Positions 62,370-64,000 of a stretch of DNA of 64,000 bases are shown piece by piece. Source of the stretch: a virus; the IMG/VR virus record IMGVR_UViG_3300032893_000001, positions 120,954 to 184,953 of that record; one strand, written 5' to 3'. Every line of letters starts with the position of its first letter. Within the stretch, counting starts at the first letter, position 1. The position numbers were made by a program, and so were the translations under genes. Under the pieces are notes generated by a model. That model ran no database searches. It was not told the origin of the DNA and worked only from the letters and a program-made list of their open reading frames with translations.

Positions 62370-63125
62370 TCAGCCCGGCAAGCCGGGGAAGGTCATGTTC
62401 GCGCCGCCGGCGTTCGACGACGTGGTCGTGCTGATGAGCGTGAGCGCCGCCACCGACACGGGCACCGCGCGCTCGAATTGGACCGCGACGTTCTCTTGGA
62501 TGAGCACGCCCTGCGAGTCGGTCGCCCAGACGTGGTTCGGGATGTAGCACGCCTCGAAGAAGGCCGCGCCGAGCGTCGCGAGGTTGATGTCGCGGATGTA
62601 CATCAACAGGCCGATCGGCTGCGCGAACAGATCCGAGGCCAGGTTGATGAAGATGTTCTCGTATCCCGGCGGGATGACGACGTCGTGCGGGTTCGACATC
62701 GTCGCAGCGCCCGCGTTCGGAAAGAGCGCCGGAACGATCGTCGGAGGAACGAGGTCCTGGTAGTAGGCGTACAGGATGCGCAGAAGCGACACGCCGTGGT
62801 AGTAGATGCGGCCGAGGCCGATCTGCCCGACGGTGCGCCCCGCGATGAAGTACGACCGCTCCGAGCCGATCTCGAAGATGCGGCTGAAGTTGCGGGTGTG
62901 CGAGAGGTTGAAGTTCTGCACGATGCCCACCGGCAGAACGACCTGGTTCGCCGCCTGTCCGTTGCCGGAGACGGCGAGTGCCAGGCCCGCTGCACCGCCG
63001 ATGTTCGCGAGACGGGGCGGACCCGCCGCGAGCATCGTGAAGCCGGCCGTCGCGTAGCGACCATCAACCAGTCCCGCCTGGACGTAGTTGCTGTACGGCG
63101 ACCAATCGCTGAAGTTGCCTGCCAT
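62370..63125 (-). CDS. tail tube protein
   Basis: directly after sheath; VGIVQNFNLS...RIFEIGS, IQENVAVQFER tube-like pattern. Confidence 0.75.
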   Translation of the reverse strand: MAGNFSDWSPYSNYVQAGLVDGRYATAGFTMLAAGPPRLANIGGAAGLALAVSGNGQAANQVVLPVGIVQNFNLSHTRNFSRIFEIGSERSYFIAGRTVGQIGLGRIYYHGVSLLRILYAYYQDLVPPTIVPALFPNAGAATMSNPHDVVIPPGYENIFINLASDLFAQPIGLLMYIRDINLATLGAAFFEACYIPNHVWATDSQGVLIQENVAVQFERAVPVSVAALTLISTTTSSNAGGANMTFPGLPG

Positions 63126-63153
63126 CGACTTACTCCTTCACCTTGTCACCGGC

Positions 63154-64000
63154 TCAGATGGTGAGCGTCAAACGAATGTAGTTGCAGGGGTACGGAACAT
63201 CGAGCGTGATGTCCACGAGCACCGTGTCCGGTGCCGTGTCGTCCTGCACGATGTTGTTGATCTTCGCCCCGATGAGGACGCCCGCTTCCTTGAGGAAGCT
63301 CGACAGACCCTCGAGCACGTGGCCGAGCGAGTCGAGGAAGCCCTGCGTGATGTTGAACCGCCCGATGAAGTTCTTCAGGCCACGGCGGTAGAACTTGGCG
63401 CAGAAGTCGACGATCTTCGTGATCGAGTCCGTGCGGGTCTCGATCGAGCTCATGTCGGTGGTCAGCGCCATGCGCGAGGTGAGCGGCGCGCCGTCGACCT
63501 CTTGAATGACGATGTAGTTTCCGCCAGCCGCCATGCGGTTCATCTGGCTCTCGCTGAAGAAGTCGTTCGACCCCACGACGCCGGTGAAGCCGGTCATCGG
63601 GAAGTTGGTGAACGACTGCTGCGGCGGCTGCTGGCCGATCATGCCGGCGATCGCCGCCGCCATGAAGAAGCCCTCGATGAGCTGCTCGATGCCGTTGAGC
63701 ACGGCCTTGCACTTGTCCGGCACGATCTGCCAGAAGCGGCGATCGAGGTACGTCTGCGCGAGCGCAGCGTACGTGTCGGCGATGCCATCCTTGTCGGGCG
63801 AGCCGTCGGTGAGCGTGAGCGCCGCGCCGCGGATGCGGATCGCGAACGGCTCTTCGATGAGCGGCGTCGACATCGGCGTCGTCGCGTAGAAGCCGTCCGA
63901 GTTCTGCTGCGGCGAGAACGTCTCGTTGACGGTGACGACCGAGCCGGAGATCGCGGAGATGTTGTAGTTGTTCGTGTCCGCCGCGATGTTCAAGAAGAGA
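63154..64000 (-). CDS. tail sheath protein (C-terminal part)
   Basis: AAAIAG, SFTN...GF, ALTTD, C-terminal VDITLDVPYPCNYIRLTL sheath signature; starts beyond window. Confidence 0.85.
   Translation of the reverse strand, partial: LFLNIAADTNNYNISAISGSVVTVNETFSPQQNSDGFYATTPMSTPLIEEPFAIRIRGAALTLTDGSPDKDGIADTYAALAQTYLDRRFWQIVPDKCKAVLNGIEQLIEGFFMAAAIAGMIGQQPPQQSFTNFPMTGFTGVVGSNDFFSESQMNRMAAGGNYIVIQEVDGAPLTSRMALTTDMSSIETRTDSITKIVDFCAKFYRRGLKNFIGRFNITQGFLDSLGHVLEGLSSFLKEAGVLIGAKINNIVQDDTAPDTVLVDITLDVPYPCNYIRLTLTI

Noticed and set aside
1-64000. CRISPR array, tRNA or rRNA genes
   Set aside because: No regularly spaced repeat-spacer array or cloverleaf recognised by eye; tRNAscan not run
1-64000. Alternative genetic code
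   Set aside because: Long structural genes are intact in the standard code and all three stops are used at coupled gene junctions

Overview
A 64-kb segment of a large, GC-rich, contractile-tailed (myovirus-like, probably jumbo) phage genome; the host may be a GC-rich Gram-negative such as a myxobacterium (inference only). Most genes are on the minus strand. 1-17.8 kb: dense small accessory genes and nucleotide-metabolism genes (dCMP deaminase, nucleoside 2-deoxyribosyltransferase-like, RNase HII, MazG-like) plus an endonuclease VII homing nuclease and two nuclease relics. 17.9-39.2 kb: virion genes (large structural protein, Ig-like proteins, baseplate hub-like, tape measure), a sigma-70-family sigma factor and a cluster of proteins sharing a DEL-x-K-x-A motif. 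39.2-43.3 kb: a plus-strand island of promoter-gene-terminator cassettes. Beyond that: GroES, a -1 frameshifted tail chaperone, a GH73-like endolysin, a dual-specificity phosphatase, tail tube and sheath. The main unannotated signal is a regulatory architecture: about 18 copies of a GCAA-N19-ATAAGA promoter (one in front of the phage sigma gene), hairpin terminators ending in a conserved TTAGCCC, empty and RNA-only cassettes including an RNA with an anti-Shine-Dalgarno sequence, leaderless -10-only promoters ahead of structural genes, and a possible capsid-loading signal shared by the sigma factor.
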